64,000 bases of DNA from Octopus bimaculoides (taxonomy: Eukaryota). The notes beneath the pieces were generated by a model that did not search any database, was not told the origin of the DNA, and was given only the letters and a program-made list of their open reading frames with translations. The DNA lies in assembly GCF_001194135.2 (NCBI RefSeq), contig NC_068990.1, forward strand, positions 92,264,132 to 92,328,131, written 5' to 3'. Positions 51,438 to 64,000 of this stretch are shown here, one piece after another (within the stretch, counting starts at the first letter, position 1; each line of letters starts with the position of its first letter). The position numbers were made by a program, and so were the translations under genes.

Positions 51438-51525
51438 TCTTTTATTCTTTTACTTGTTTCAGTCATTTGGTTGTGGCCATGCTGGAGCACCGCCTTTAGC
51501 CAAACAAATCGACCCAAGGACTTAT
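51438..51525 (-). mobile_element. SINE type A tail
   Basis: ttttacttgtttcagtcattt...catgctggagcaccgcctttag...aatcgaccc. Confidence 0.9.
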
Positions 51526-51535
51526 NNNNNNNNNN

Positions 51536-51589
<54 letters not shown>

Positions 51590-51989
51590 TTTTTTCCATT
51601 GTATGTATGTATGTATGTATGTATGTATGCATTTATGCATGCATGTATGTATGCATGTATGTACGTATGTGTGTGCATGTGTGTATGTATATGTGTGTTT
51701 GTGTGTGTGTGTGTGTGTACGTGTGTGTGTCTTTGTATGTTTATGTGTGTATGTATGTATCTATGTATGACTGTTTGCATGTGTACATGTGTGTGTATGT
51801 ACATGAATAGTGAGGTATATATATACACACACACACACATGAGTGAGCCCACATCTGCATTGTTGAAGGTAAGGATGTCAGTGCATAGGTGCATCTTATT
51901 GGCTAAGCTTCTTGAATGTTTTATATATCTGAGACAGTATTTTTGCAAGCTTGTTGCTTTAATCCCTCAATTAGGTTCTTTCTGGTTTC

Positions 51990-52480
51990 ACGAAAACCAT
52001 CTTCTCAAGGTTGATGGTGAGGAAGATAGTTGCATAAGCAAGTAAATACACCAATGATTACTGATAAAAATCTAAAGTTACAGTCTGAATGGAGTAGCTG
52101 CAAATTTCTCATCAGTTCAGCAGAGATATCATCTTTTTCTCCAATCTTTAAGATCAAGTTAACTTCTTATAGGTAACTGATTTCAACTGCTCTACACAAT
52201 GTCTTTCATAATGCTTACATTTCATTGAAGTGTTGTCAGGGACATTCAGCTAGTAATCTTTCATGTGTGATTATGCCCTCTGCATCTCTGTAGCTTCTTA
52301 TATTTGTTTTCTCAAGATGATCCTTTCCCTGGATTTCATTATAAATTGTTTTTGCCATAACATCATGTTTCATGGAAAGTAACATTGTGATGTGGGTGAC
52401 ATCTGCTATGTAAATTCCACAGTCTACAATGTTTGTTACATCCAGACGGCACCTTCCCTGCATACCTATCCATCTTGTAC
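51990..52480 (-). mobile_element. R4-like non-LTR retrotransposon 3' remnant (older copy)
   Basis: DVTHI...KHDVMAKTIYNEI and AVEISYL*EVNLILKIGEKDDISAELMRNLQLL parallel the 57206-57905 peptides. Confidence 0.7.
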
Positions 52481-52488
52481 AGCAGATA

Positions 52489-53523
52489 TGAGGTGGTATC
52501 AAAAAATTCCTGCACTAGTTCTGTAGCATGCCAACAGATGGCAGCACATGGTTGCATGCACAGTGAGAGANNNNNNNNNNNNNNNNNNNNNNNNNNNNNN
52601 NNNNNNNNNNNNNNNNNNNNNNNNNNNNNNNNNNNNNNNNNNNNNNNNNNNNNNNNNNNNNNNCACTAGTTCTGTAGCATGCCAACAGATGGCAGCACAT
52701 GGTTGCATGCACAGTGAGAGATAGCAGTGACCTTCATGAGGCAGTGTACCGAGTGACATCACTGTGTTTACTTCACAAGTTGTGATATTTTTGTTTTGTG
52801 ATCACGTGTATGCTGTAGTCTGTGATTTTGTCACAGACAGGAACAAAGAGCCAATGTGAAATTTTGCATTAAACTTGGGAAGTCTGCTACAGAGACATTG
52901 AGCATGCTTCGGCAAGCTTACAGCAACAAGGCAATGGGTCGTACGCAGTGTTTTGAGAGGCATGGATGCTTCAAAAGCAGAAGAACATCCCTGAGTGTTA
53001 CCCTCGGAAATGTGGTATTGTGCATTGAGGATTCTTCCCTCAGAGCCAGACCGTTAGTCAAGAGTTCTACTGCAGCTTTTTGAAGCATTTGAGGGAGGAC
53101 ATTTGGTGAAAGTGACCAGATCTGTGGAGCACAAAGAATTGGTTTCTTCATGACAATACACTCTGTCACTGAATTCTCCTCTCTCATGAGTTTCTTGCCA
53201 AAGACAACATGGTGTCACTTCCGCACCTGCCCTATTCACCAAATTTAACACCGGCGGACTTCCATCTCTTCTCCAAGATAAAAATGCAGCTCAAAGGTTG
53301 CTGTTTTAACACCATTGTCAAGATCCAGAGTGAATCACAGAAGGTCCTTGACTCGTTTATGGAAAACGATCTCTAGGCCGGAGTCCAAAAGTGGCAGGAA
53401 TACAGGGACCAGTGTATTGCTGTGCAAGGTGACTATTTCGAAAATGATGATATTAAAACTTAGGTAAATAAGTTATTTTTTATTAAGCATATCTAGACTG
53501 GGAACATTTTTGATACCATCTCG
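52489..53523 (+). mobile_element. mariner (DD34D-type) element, internally deleted and pseudogenised
   Basis: TIRs tgaggtggtatcaaaaaattcc / ggaacatttttgataccatctcg with TA TSD. Peptides FCIKLGKSATETLSMLRQAY, WFLHDN, PHLPYSPNLTPADFHLF and GDYFE. Confidence 0.92.
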
Positions 53524-53540
53524 TATTTTGTTGCTATTTC

Positions 53541-55174
53541 CTTTATTTTTTTTATCTCCTTTCTCTTCCTCCCCATCCCACTCTCTCGCTTTCCCTTTTC
53601 TCTCTCTCCTCTCTGTCTTCCATCCTCTCTTTTGTTCTCGCAACACAATGGTGAATTACTGGACAAGCAGACGATAGAAACATTTTGTTGAAATTTTGTT
53701 GCAAATTCCATTGAAATTGAAATAAAAAATAAATTGGAGGCAAGATGAACAATCATTTTGTAAGGAAATTGAATTCCACAAATTTGGGCTACGGGTTGCA
53801 ATAAGATATGTCTTACAAAGTGAGAGCTGTTCTTTCAGTCGTGGATTATTCTGGCTACCAATGTTGCAGTCACTTTGAAAGGAATATATGCACAACTTTT
53901 GGCCCATATATTTACATCTTGTCTACTCAGTGACCTATTTTGGTGGAGTTGTTATATTACTGATCATCAGTCAGAAAATACTTATGGAGAAGCTCTTTGC
54001 CAACTCTAATCATGAACCTTGGAAAGGCATCATGGATGCAGACCCATGACTGAACTTCGGGGGGAGGGGGGAATATGTAAGTATGTATGTACGTATGTAT
54101 GTATGTATGTATGCATGCATGTATGTATGTATGTATGTATGTATGTATGTATGTATGGATGTATGGATGTATGGATGCATGCATGTATGTATGTATGTAT
54201 GTATGTATGTATGGATGTATGGATGTATGTATGTATGTATGTATGTATGCATGCATGCATGTATGTATGGATGGATGTATGTGTGTATGTATGTGTGTGT
54301 ATGTATGTATGTATGTATGCATGCATGCATGCATGTATGTATGTATGGATGTATGTATGTATGCATGTATGCATGTATGTATGTATGTATGTATGTATGT
54401 ATGGATGTATGTATGTATGTATGCATGTATGCATGCATGCATGTATGTATGTATGTATGTATGCATGTATGTATGTATGGATGTATGTATGTATGTATGA
54501 GAGTGTCAGGGAAATGTTGAACTTCAGTTGATATGATACAATAAATTAGTGATGAATTTATGGCTTGAACGTACGCATGTATTTAATTTTCTTCTTTTCC
54601 GACTTACTGTCCTCTCCTTCATCACTCTCCGCCGTCTCTATCTCAAGCGCTCCTTCCATTTTCACTTTCACTTTACCTTTTAACTATTGTACATCTCCAT
54701 TTCTCTCTCTCTCTCTACTATTAATTGTACTTCTCTTGTTTCCGTCTCTCTTTTGCTCACCTCTTCCACCTTTTCCTCAATCAATTAACTTCCCTTTTCC
54801 TTTTTCTTTGTTTCTTTCTTTCTCCCTCTTCCTATCTCATTCAATCACTTCCTTGTTTTATGTGTGTAAATCCTATTCAAATCTATATTACATTTTTTCT
54901 CTCTCTCTCTTCTCTTTATTTTTATCTCCTTTCTCTTTCTCCCCATCCCACTCTCTCGCTTTCCCTTTTCTCTCTCTCCTCTCTCCCTTCTATCCTCTCT
55001 TTTGTTCTCGCAACACAATGGTGAATTACTAGACGAGCAGACGATAGATACATTTTGTTGAAATTTTATTGCAAATTCCATTGAAATTGAAATAAAAAAT
55101 AAATTAGAAGCAGGATGAACAATCATTTTGTAAGGAAATTGAATTCCATAAATTTGGGCTACAGGTTGCAATAA
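53541..55174 (+). repeat. ~260-bp diverged direct repeat pair
   Basis: 53541-53804 and 54914-55174, with scattered substitutions. Confidence 0.9.
54078..54500. repeat. (ATGT/ATGC/ATGG)n tetranucleotide microsatellite
   Basis: Direct inspection. Confidence 0.97.
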
Positions 55175-55809
55175 TATATTGACTAGAACTACCTCAGCAA
55201 CTATCTCATTCATAAAAGCCAGCAGATGGAGATGTAGCTAAACGCTCCCTGTCTCCATTTAGTGGACGTCGATGGTTTCATGTATCGTGCCTTCAAAATG
55301 TTCATTTATTGATCGCAGTTCGCCCAGCACACGCCTCAACTACTGTCTGTTATGTATAAAACAAAGTGCTGTATGTAACTCTGTGTGAGATCATGTACGT
55401 ATAAGTGTACGTATCTTAGCGATGGTGTGTTTCTATATGTGTGTGTGTGTGTGTTCAGAATCAAAAAAGGGTGAGACATGCCGGGGAAGAAAGCGCAAAG
55501 GTACAATAAACGACGAGGAATGAGGAGGAAATGTAAATACGCACGCACACACACATACACACTAACTGAGTATCCCGTTGTTGCTGGGTAATTTTCACAT
55601 TAGAATGCCTTGGCGGACTTTCAGAATAGCACACCCAAGTAAGTTGGATTTTACCCCGTTTTCATGGAGATTTTTCAAAACATTTTTCATCACATCCTTG
55701 CAAAATGATGGGTCGGAAACTTTTTATGGAAAAATTTTTTTGAGAATATATTAATCCGCCCCTCCTCCTTCTGGATCGATTTTGTCCATTTCTTTTTTCT
55801 TTTTTTCTT

Positions 55810-56020
55810 GTCCATATGCATCATATGACCATACCATTGCGTTTGTCTCTCTTGTCCACCTCATCTGATGTCTCTTATGCCCAGTTTTTCTCTCAAGATG
55901 CTTACACTCTGTTGAACATGCACACTAACATTGCACATCCAGTGAAGCATACTAGCTTCATTTCTTTCAAGCTTTTGCATGTCCTCTTTGGTCACAATCC
56001 ATGTTTCACAGCTGTTCACA
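55810..56020 (-). mobile_element. RTE-clade LINE 3' fragment
   Basis: CETWIVTKEDMQKLERNEASMLHWMCNVSVH...LREKLGIRDIR, a typical RTE post-RT tail. Confidence 0.85.
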
Positions 56021-56472
56021 CACAGACAACATATGATAATGATGATGATAATAATAATAATAATAGTAATAATGATGACGATGATGATGATGATTTCTTT
56101 ATTAACCACAAGGGTTTACATTAAGAAAAACATTATGGACAGCACAGGACAAAACAAAGAATCTGTGTGTATGCATGTGAGTGCATGTTGTTATGAGGGG
56201 TTTTGCATGCAAACAAGACTAACAAAATTAAAAAAAACAATAATTGCTCTATTTGAGACAGTTAGGATTTTGAGATTGGTACTTGGGTGTTGAGTATCTT
56301 CCATGATACTTAACACTTAAGTGCCAAGTCTTTTAATTCGTGGAAAGAGAACCTGTGAAACCTTTGACAACAGGATGTTGTCCGTTCTCACAGAATTAAC
56401 CAGAGCAAGTGAGATCAAAAGCTCAGAGTAGTAAATAATAACAATAGCAGCAATAATATATACATACATACA

Positions 56473-56504
<32 letters not shown>

Positions 56505-56659
56505 AATGTTGTACCCTCTTCTGAAGACCCAAAAATGAATGAGTTGACAATACGACCTCTACAGTCAGGTGATAATTATATGTATCTTGAACGAGGTGAG
56601 AATGTCTCATGATGGATCTATAAATAGAGGAGGGGATTGGAAACGAAGACCTCAGGAGA

Positions 56660-57905
56660 GTAAAGAGAACACGGTCATCAGAAGTCTCAGCTTACAACAA
56701 ACAAATTGCCCACAACACCTTTGCAGTGCCTGCCCTCACGCCTATGTTTGGCCTTTTGAGCTGGTCACTACAACACACCAATGTTTGGCCTTTTGAGCTG
56801 GCCACTACAAGAACTCAATGAGATAGACGTTCAAACTAGCAAGCTGCTCAGTGTTTCAGGATCCTTCAACATCAATGGAGCTGTAGAGAGGCTATACTTC
56901 TCAACCAAGGATGGTGGTCAATGTCTCAAATCTGTTTTGATGTCAAATGAAGCACGTATTGTGACACTGAAACAATATCTGCAGGAAGAGTAAAGAGACC
57001 AGTAAACATCTTGCCCCAGTTTCTGACCAATCAACAACATAATTAAGATAGCTAATGAACTTGAGGAGAGGTATGAAATAAGAGCTGATACAAATCATTC
57101 CCCTAGGAGCCAAAACAAAAATGGATGAGTTTACTGAGAAGATAGTACTGGGTACTTGGCATATAAAACACAAACCATAGGAGGGAGACTGATTATATCA
57201 AAAGCTTGGCATGGAGCACCAACCAGTTTATGACATTCCCCACTGAAGGCTACCTCCATGCAATCCAAGAACAAGAGATCTCCACCAAGTACCTAAAGCA
57301 TAAAAAGCAGAAAACATTGCCAGACAACAAATGTAGGTTGTGCAGGAGCAAGATTGAAGACATCAGCCACATTATTACCAACTGTAAGAGAAAGTCTTCC
57401 AGATATTATTTTCCTGTGAGGCGTGATTTGATAGACAGAACAGTCTGGAACAGGATAACAGAAAAGAAAACACCTACAGACAAAGTTGATCATATTGAGG
57501 CTGATGAGTTAAAAGAATATTGATGGAACTTAAAGATTAAAACAACCAACAAGTTAAAACATAACTCAACCAGATACTGTTGTGTGGAACCACAAGGAAA
57601 AGATATGTTCTTTTTCAGAAATCAGCTGCCCTCTGGACACTAATGTGGTTAGAAAGATACAACAGAAAGAGGACATCTATGGACCATTGATAAGGAATTT
57701 GCAAATCCAGAACCCAGGATACACTTTGAGCTTCACACCTATTATCATTGGAGCAACAGGTTACATACCAACACTCTTGGAACAAAGTCTGTCTGAACTT
57801 AAGATCTTGGGGAGAGAACGCAAATCCTCAATTCATACGCTGCAACTGATCACGCTATCTGGAAGCATAAGAACCTGCAAGACCTTCTTAAGAGTTGAAG
57901 TATGA
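56660..57905 (+). mobile_element. R4/Dong-like non-LTR retrotransposon, 5'-truncated and pseudogenised
   Basis: AYNKQIAHNTFAVPALTP; FGLLSW..ELNEIDVQTSKLL...VERLYFSTKDGGQCL; TEGYLHAIQEQEISTKYL; CRLCRSKIEDISHII..C zinc knuckle; EISCPLDTN..K..QKEDIY..L RLE region; PIIIGATG. Confidence 0.88.
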
Positions 57906-58445
57906 GGGTTAAAACAAAATGCTTTTTCTTTTTCACAACCTTACTAACAAATAGGTGGCCAATCAAAATTTATTCTAAATTAGAGAAAGAGAACAAATAT
58001 ACTACGTACAAACATAAGTACACACACACACACACACACACACATACATAAGATTAGGTAGCTAAAACAGTTGCATGTAAGAGATAGAATCATTAGAATA
58101 TTTCGAATGCACGATGTCAGAATCTCAGAATATGTTTCATATTTTCAATAGCCAACAACTATCACTTCCCTCTCCTCTTAACATAATCCAGATACACCGT
58201 CCTACTTAAACTGGCATGTTTCTCATTTGTTGTTGAAATTTGTTTATATTACCATCAACCGAGTCAGAAGTTCATGTTTGAGATAAGAGGTCTCCCATCA
58301 AAGCTGTCGACAACATCTGATTACTTGGTAACTCGACACTCAGTGATGACTGGGAACGGCAGAGATACATTCCAATTGTTCTACATCTTAAAGAGATACA
58401 GGCCAGCCGCCGCCCCGCCCGTTTAGTACTCTAACAGACAGTTAT

Positions 58446-58478
<33 letters not shown>

Positions 58479-58645
58479 NNNNNNNNNNNNNNNNNNNNNN
58501 NNNNNNNNNNNNNNNNNNNNNNNNNNNNNNNNNNNNNNNNNNNNNNNNNNNNNNNNNNNNNNNNNNNNNNNNNNNNNNNNNNNNNNNNNNNNNNNNNNNN
58601 NNNNNNNNNNNNNNNNNNNNNNNNNNNNNNNNNNNNNNNNNNNNN

Positions 58646-58723
58646 TGGCCATTGAATTCAATATAATTGGCCATTGAATTCAATATAATTGGCCATTGAA
58701 TTCAATATAATTGGCCATTGAAT
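58646..58723. repeat. 22-bp tandem repeat of palindromic unit
   Basis: TGGCCATTGAATTCAATATAAT x3.5; each unit has ATTGAATTCAAT and TGGCCA. Confidence 0.92.
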
Positions 58724-58756
58724 GGCCAGATAACTGCCCATTGAACTCAACGACCA

Positions 58757-58817
58757 GATAACTGAAGAGATAGCGGCGTGGGCTTCTGCCCTGGTATCCG
58801 AAACTTGGAGTTTTATC
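58757..58817 (+). ncRNA. type I hammerhead ribozyme motif (family E)
   Basis: GAUAA-CUGAAGA-[GAUA..GGGC(UUCU)GCCC..UAUC]-C-GAAAC-UUGGA-GUU/UUAUC. Stem I is a perfect 5 bp and the core is intact; stem II is partly decayed. Confidence 0.7.
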
Positions 58818-58931
58818 ATGGCTACTGAATAATTGTCACATATTTTTACAGATAAATTCCTCTATTTACATAATATCGAGGTCTCTTTCTTTCTTTTGTT
58901 GTCTTTTCTATCAATAATGTATATATATATA

Positions 58932-58977
<46 letters not shown>

Positions 58978-59376
58978 GTGTGTGTGTGCACGCGTAAGTG
59001 GAGAAAGAGAGATAAAAATGCAAGGAGGTATAGTTTTATGGAGAGAGAATGATTTTGAAAATAGTAATACCCAATAGTTATGATGATATACCATATTAAA
59101 AAATAACGACATATCGTAGTTTTTATAAACGACATCTATAACAGCTCCTATAAATGATACACCACATCTTCTACAAAATGTTTTATCACGGCTTCTATAA
59201 ATTGATATATCACAGCATCTATTGTTTGTATAGAAACAAGATAATGAAATATCAACAGCTGAGAGACCATATGTTATTCTAACATAGCCTCAGTTCAACT
59301 AGATGCTGGGAAATTGTACCTGCTACTTTTGCTCTTTTCATTTTTCTGCTCCTTTCGTTTTCCCCCACTTAAACAG

Positions 59377-59408
59377 AAGCAATACTTTTTGCAGGAACTT
59401 CAACACCG
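59377..59408 (+). CDS. candidate 32-nt exon on the plus strand
   Basis: Long pyrimidine tract ...tcccccacttaaacag|AAGCAATACTTTTTGCAGGAACTTCAACACCG|gtgaga. All frames are open. Confidence 0.25.
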
Positions 59409-60486
59409 GTGAGATAAAAAGGGGGAAAAGTAAAAACATGACTAATAAATAAAACTGATGCTTTTAACAGCCTAGAGGTATATACACCCTGTTAAGGTAC
59501 CCTAAGGTCAGATGATGGTGTTGAAAAGGATGTCATATTTGGTTTCTCACCTTAAGAATGGATACAGTCCACCTGATAAGTTTCCTAACAATTTCCGTCA
59601 AAAGACTGTAGACGAATATTTTCAGTTTGACTGCCAATTTTCGAAAATTCAAAGTTTATTGAAAATTTTAAAATTTGGTACATTAATGTAGTTTTCTGAA
59701 TTGAATCTCAGGAGATATTTTACCTTTTCCAGAAAAACTTTTTAAAAAAGTTATAGAGGTTTAAAGTTTGATAATTTTCACTTAGACATAGAACAGGATT
59801 TGGAAGCTGCTACTTTGTGCGTGACAGCATGTGTTGTCAACTGTAAACAAAATCAAATTCTGCTTTTGGCACGTCATATAACCCCTCAAAATAAGCAACA
59901 AGGATATCCAAAATTAATGCAGTATGATCATTTCGTGCAACTCCATTTAATTAAGCAATGTGAACATTACATCAAATGTAAAATGCAAAGCAATCCTCAG
60001 TTGCACAAAGATAGAGAAATTTAATGCAATTACATTTCAACAGAAGGACATATTTTTATAACTACATTTAAACTCTCCAAGTAGAAAGGAAGAACACAAA
60101 AAACCATTTTGACTTAGCCAGACACACTTCTGTACTCAACTATAAGGTATTAAGTGATCCTTCAAATTAATGGGAAATTTTTTTTATATAACCTCACATA
60201 AAAAACAATATGTACATATGTAGTATGTTTGTTTGTATATATATATACATGAGTGTGTGAATGTGTGTACAGGTATAGAAAATGATTCCAGTTTATTAAA
60301 ATGTTCATATTAAAAGCTATTTTACAAATTGTGAAATAAACCAAACAAAAAGTGTGAAGACAGATACAGTTATTGTATATTGTTGTTTTTGTATGTTGTT
60401 GTTGAGTGTTGTGTTTTGGGTTAGGTTCAGATTGTGCCTGGGGCAGTGAGAGGAAGGACGGAGTGAGAGAAAAGGTTGTGAAGTGG

Positions 60487-60514
60487 TTAGGGTTAGGGTT
60501 AGGGTTAGGGTTAG
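60487..60514 (+). repeat. short interstitial (TTAGGG)4
   Basis: Direct inspection; another short run lies near 63741. Confidence 0.9.
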
Positions 60515-60944
60515 AATACTATAAAAACATACCTTTTTTGTTTGAACCTTTAAAGTAAGTAGAATTAATGAATGTGGGGAAGGGGATGGAAAGGGTGAGG
60601 AGGGCTGATGAGAAAAAATAAAAGGTAAAAGTGAGAGAAAGAGAGAGAGAGAGAGATAGCAAAAGAGAGAAAGGTAGTGAAGTATAAATAGAGATAAAGA
60701 TATATAGAAAGGAGTTAGGGTGAGAATGAGAAAGGAAGAGAGGAAGGGAATAAGAAAAAAGAAAGAGGAAGAAACAAAACAAAGAGGCAGAGGAAGCAAG
60801 AAAGAGAGTCAGACAGAGATGGAAGGAAATTGAACAGAAGTAGATAATTTGTAGCAAGACAAAGATGTCATTAATCTGTGCATGTAATCTGTCTGTTCGT
60901 CATTAGTTCATGATTGAAGTTGCCATTATTTAATTAATGGATTA

Positions 60945-61165
60945 AGGAGCTGAGCTGGCAGAATTACGACAACGTTGGGAAAATAATTTCTGGTATTTTT
61001 TTACTGCTCTATACATTGTGAGTTCAAATCCCACTGAGGTTAATTTTGTCTTTCATCTTTTTAGGGTGAACAAAATAAAGTACTGATCAAGTACCAACTC
61101 AATGGTATCAACTAACCCCTGTCCCTCAAATTTGCTGGCTTTGAGCCTAAATCAGCAGCAGTTAT
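60945..61165 (+). mobile_element. SINE type M, degenerate
   Basis: gagctggcagaatt...gagttcaaatcccactgaggttaattttgtctttcatc...aaataaagtac. Confidence 0.75.
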
Positions 61166-61744
61166 TAAGGGAGCGGCAAGGTGTGAGGATGGTGGGGAAC
61201 TAATAGGCTGGTTGTAGATTTGGGTAAAAGAGATGAACACAGCTCTATATGTTCAGAGTTCAAATCTTACTATAATGGACGTTATGTCCGTCTGTCTGTT
61301 CCCTCTTCACAGTCAAATGGCTGGACCAATGGTCACGACGTTCCAAATTTTAAACCCCCAGAATTAGGGGTTTCCTTATAATACATAAGGATAAGCATAT
61401 CAAAAGGGATCCTTGGTAGTGGAAAGGATGGGAACCACTGCTCTAAATGATGATGATGATGATGATGAGTGGTGTGCCTAAGGTTTTATAATCTAACAGG
61501 CACTTTTTAAAGTGAAATATGATTTCATGGAGATTTGGCTACTATTTCTAGTAGATCAATTGATCACATAGAGGCTTTTGCAGTGTATAGTAGTAGCAGC
61601 AGAAGCCGGATATGTTAAACAGCAGTACATAATAATAATAACACCTATGTACAGTATTTTCATTGACACTCATTGAGGTGTACACAATGGTTGTTTGTAC
61701 TTACCTATTTATGGTCTCTTTTGTACAATTAAATAAACCTGATA

Positions 61745-62390
<646 letters not shown>

Positions 62391-63429
62391 TCTTTCAGTT
62401 TTTGTCTATGAAATCTACTCCCTAAGATTTGATCAACCTGTGACTAGAGTAAGGCATTTGGCCAAGGTGTCTCATGGTTGGGAAGCAAGCTTCTTAACCA
62501 CATCCCAGGGCTTGCTTATGTTTTCCCAAAAATGTTACTCATCTGGTCCCATTGGAGTTATTTCCTTTGTTTATCAATTTTAGATTTTAAACCACCTCAG
62601 ACTATTGCTTATGTAATTTCGTGAAATTAAATCTCTTCTTGATCATGCAAAAGAAATGCATGGAAATGGACATTAAATAATGATGATGGTGTGTGTGTGT
62701 GTGTGTGTGTGTGTGCATGTCTTTGTGTGTATTTATTATGTTATGCAAAGATATACATGCATGCACACACACACACACACACGCACACACACACACACAC
62801 GCACACACNNNNNNNNNNNNNNNNNNNNNNNNNNNNNNNNNNNNNNNNNNNNNNNNNNNNNNNNNNNNNNNNNNNNNNNNNNNNNNNNNNNNNNNNNNNN
62901 NNNNNNNNNNNNNNNNNNNNNNNNNNNNNNNNNNNNNNNNNNNNNNNNNNNNNNNNNNNNNNNNNNNNNNNNNNNNNNNNNNNNNNNNNNNNNNNNNNNN
63001 NNNNNNNNNNNNNNNNNNNNNNNNNNNNNNNNNNNNNNNNNNNNNNNNNNNNNNNNNNNNNNNNNNNNNNGTGTGTGTGTGTGTGTGTGTGTGTGTGCAT
63101 GTCTTTGTGTGTATTTATTATGTTATGCAAAGATATACATGCATGCACACACACACACACACACGCACACACACACACACACGCACACACGTATATGTAT
63201 ACAGGGACTGTGTCTCCAAGTTATTCCTGTTACACTTTACAAAGCACATGACATTTGCATTTACTCTGTTGCTGTTGTTGTTGGTATTGTTGTTGTTGAG
63301 ACCTGGCAAAAGCAAAAAAGAAAAAAAGAAAAAGAAAAAAAGCTTGTCTGTATATAAATGGGAGTGTATATACATGGAAGTGTCCCAAATTATAACTGTC
63401 ACACTTAACAAGCAGTGCAGTGCTGAATT

Positions 63430-64000
63430 GGTGGTGACAGTGATGGGGATGGTGGTGGTGGTGGTGGTGGTGGTGGTAGTGGTGGTGGTTTTGGTGGTGG
63501 TGCTAGTGGCAGTGTGGATCAAAATGATGATGGCAGTAGTAGGGCTGATGGTAATGGTGAAGATTATGATGCTGCTGTTTCTGTTCTGCTGCAGCTGCTG
63601 ATGGTGACAGTAGTGGTAGGGGTTGTGGTCATGTGTTGTTGTTGTTGTTGTTGTTGGTGGTGGTGGTAACAGTTTTGAAAGTGATGATGATGGTGATTGT
63701 GGTAATAACAAATGAAGTGGAGCTGAAAATCTATTGGAGTTAGGGTTAGGGTTAATTATTGCCTTTTCAGGGTTTAGGCAGCCGTAGAGGGAGTTTTTGT
63801 GAACTAAATGTAAAGCAAATCTCAGTCGAATGAAGTTTTGCAACTCACCAAATTACTTGGGTAAAAATCTACCATCTACCTTATCCAATGATGATGATGG
63901 TGATGTTGATGATGACAGTGATAAAGTTGATGGTAGTAGTGATGATGATGATGTTGTTGTTGTTGTTGTTAGTGGTGGTGGTGGTGGTGGTGGTGGTGGT
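63430..64000. repeat. (GGT/GAT/GTT)n trinucleotide low complexity
   Basis: Direct inspection. Confidence 0.9.

Noticed and set aside
52512-52720. Identical 58-bp repeat flanking a gap
   Set aside because: Exact overlap on both sides of an N run; likely scaffolding artefact.
58646-58723. CRISPR-like array
   Set aside because: No spacers; simple tandem repeat in animal DNA.
62680-63190. Identical ~120-bp repeat flanking a gap (similar case at 380-670)
   Set aside because: Likely unmerged contig overlap.

Overview
Animal genomic DNA: AT-rich, microsatellite-dense and gap-rich draft assembly. The SINE families and the (TA)/(CA)/(TAGA) load look like an octopus-type cephalopod; this is inference from remembered repeat families, not a database hit. 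No complete protein-coding gene can be demonstrated, and nearly all track ORFs are microsatellite or N-gap artefacts. The window is mostly layered mobile elements: three tRNA-derived SINE types, mariner/Tc1 remnants, hAT MITEs with 8-bp TSDs, RTE-like tails, and two restriction-like-endonuclease non-LTR retrotransposon clades (CRE-like, R4-like). The main signals the ORF track misses are: (1) five distinct type-I hammerhead ribozyme motifs of Penelope-like-element type, including an 80-bp-arm palindrome with one core-intact and one core-mutated ribozyme; (2) a TIR element holding head-to-head TTAGGG/CCCTAA arrays; (3) a cluster of four perfect TGACGTCA sites upstream of a TATA-like box and a strong splice donor; (4) several minus-strand exon candidates, including a 21-nt microexon, which may belong to an unidentified large-intron gene.
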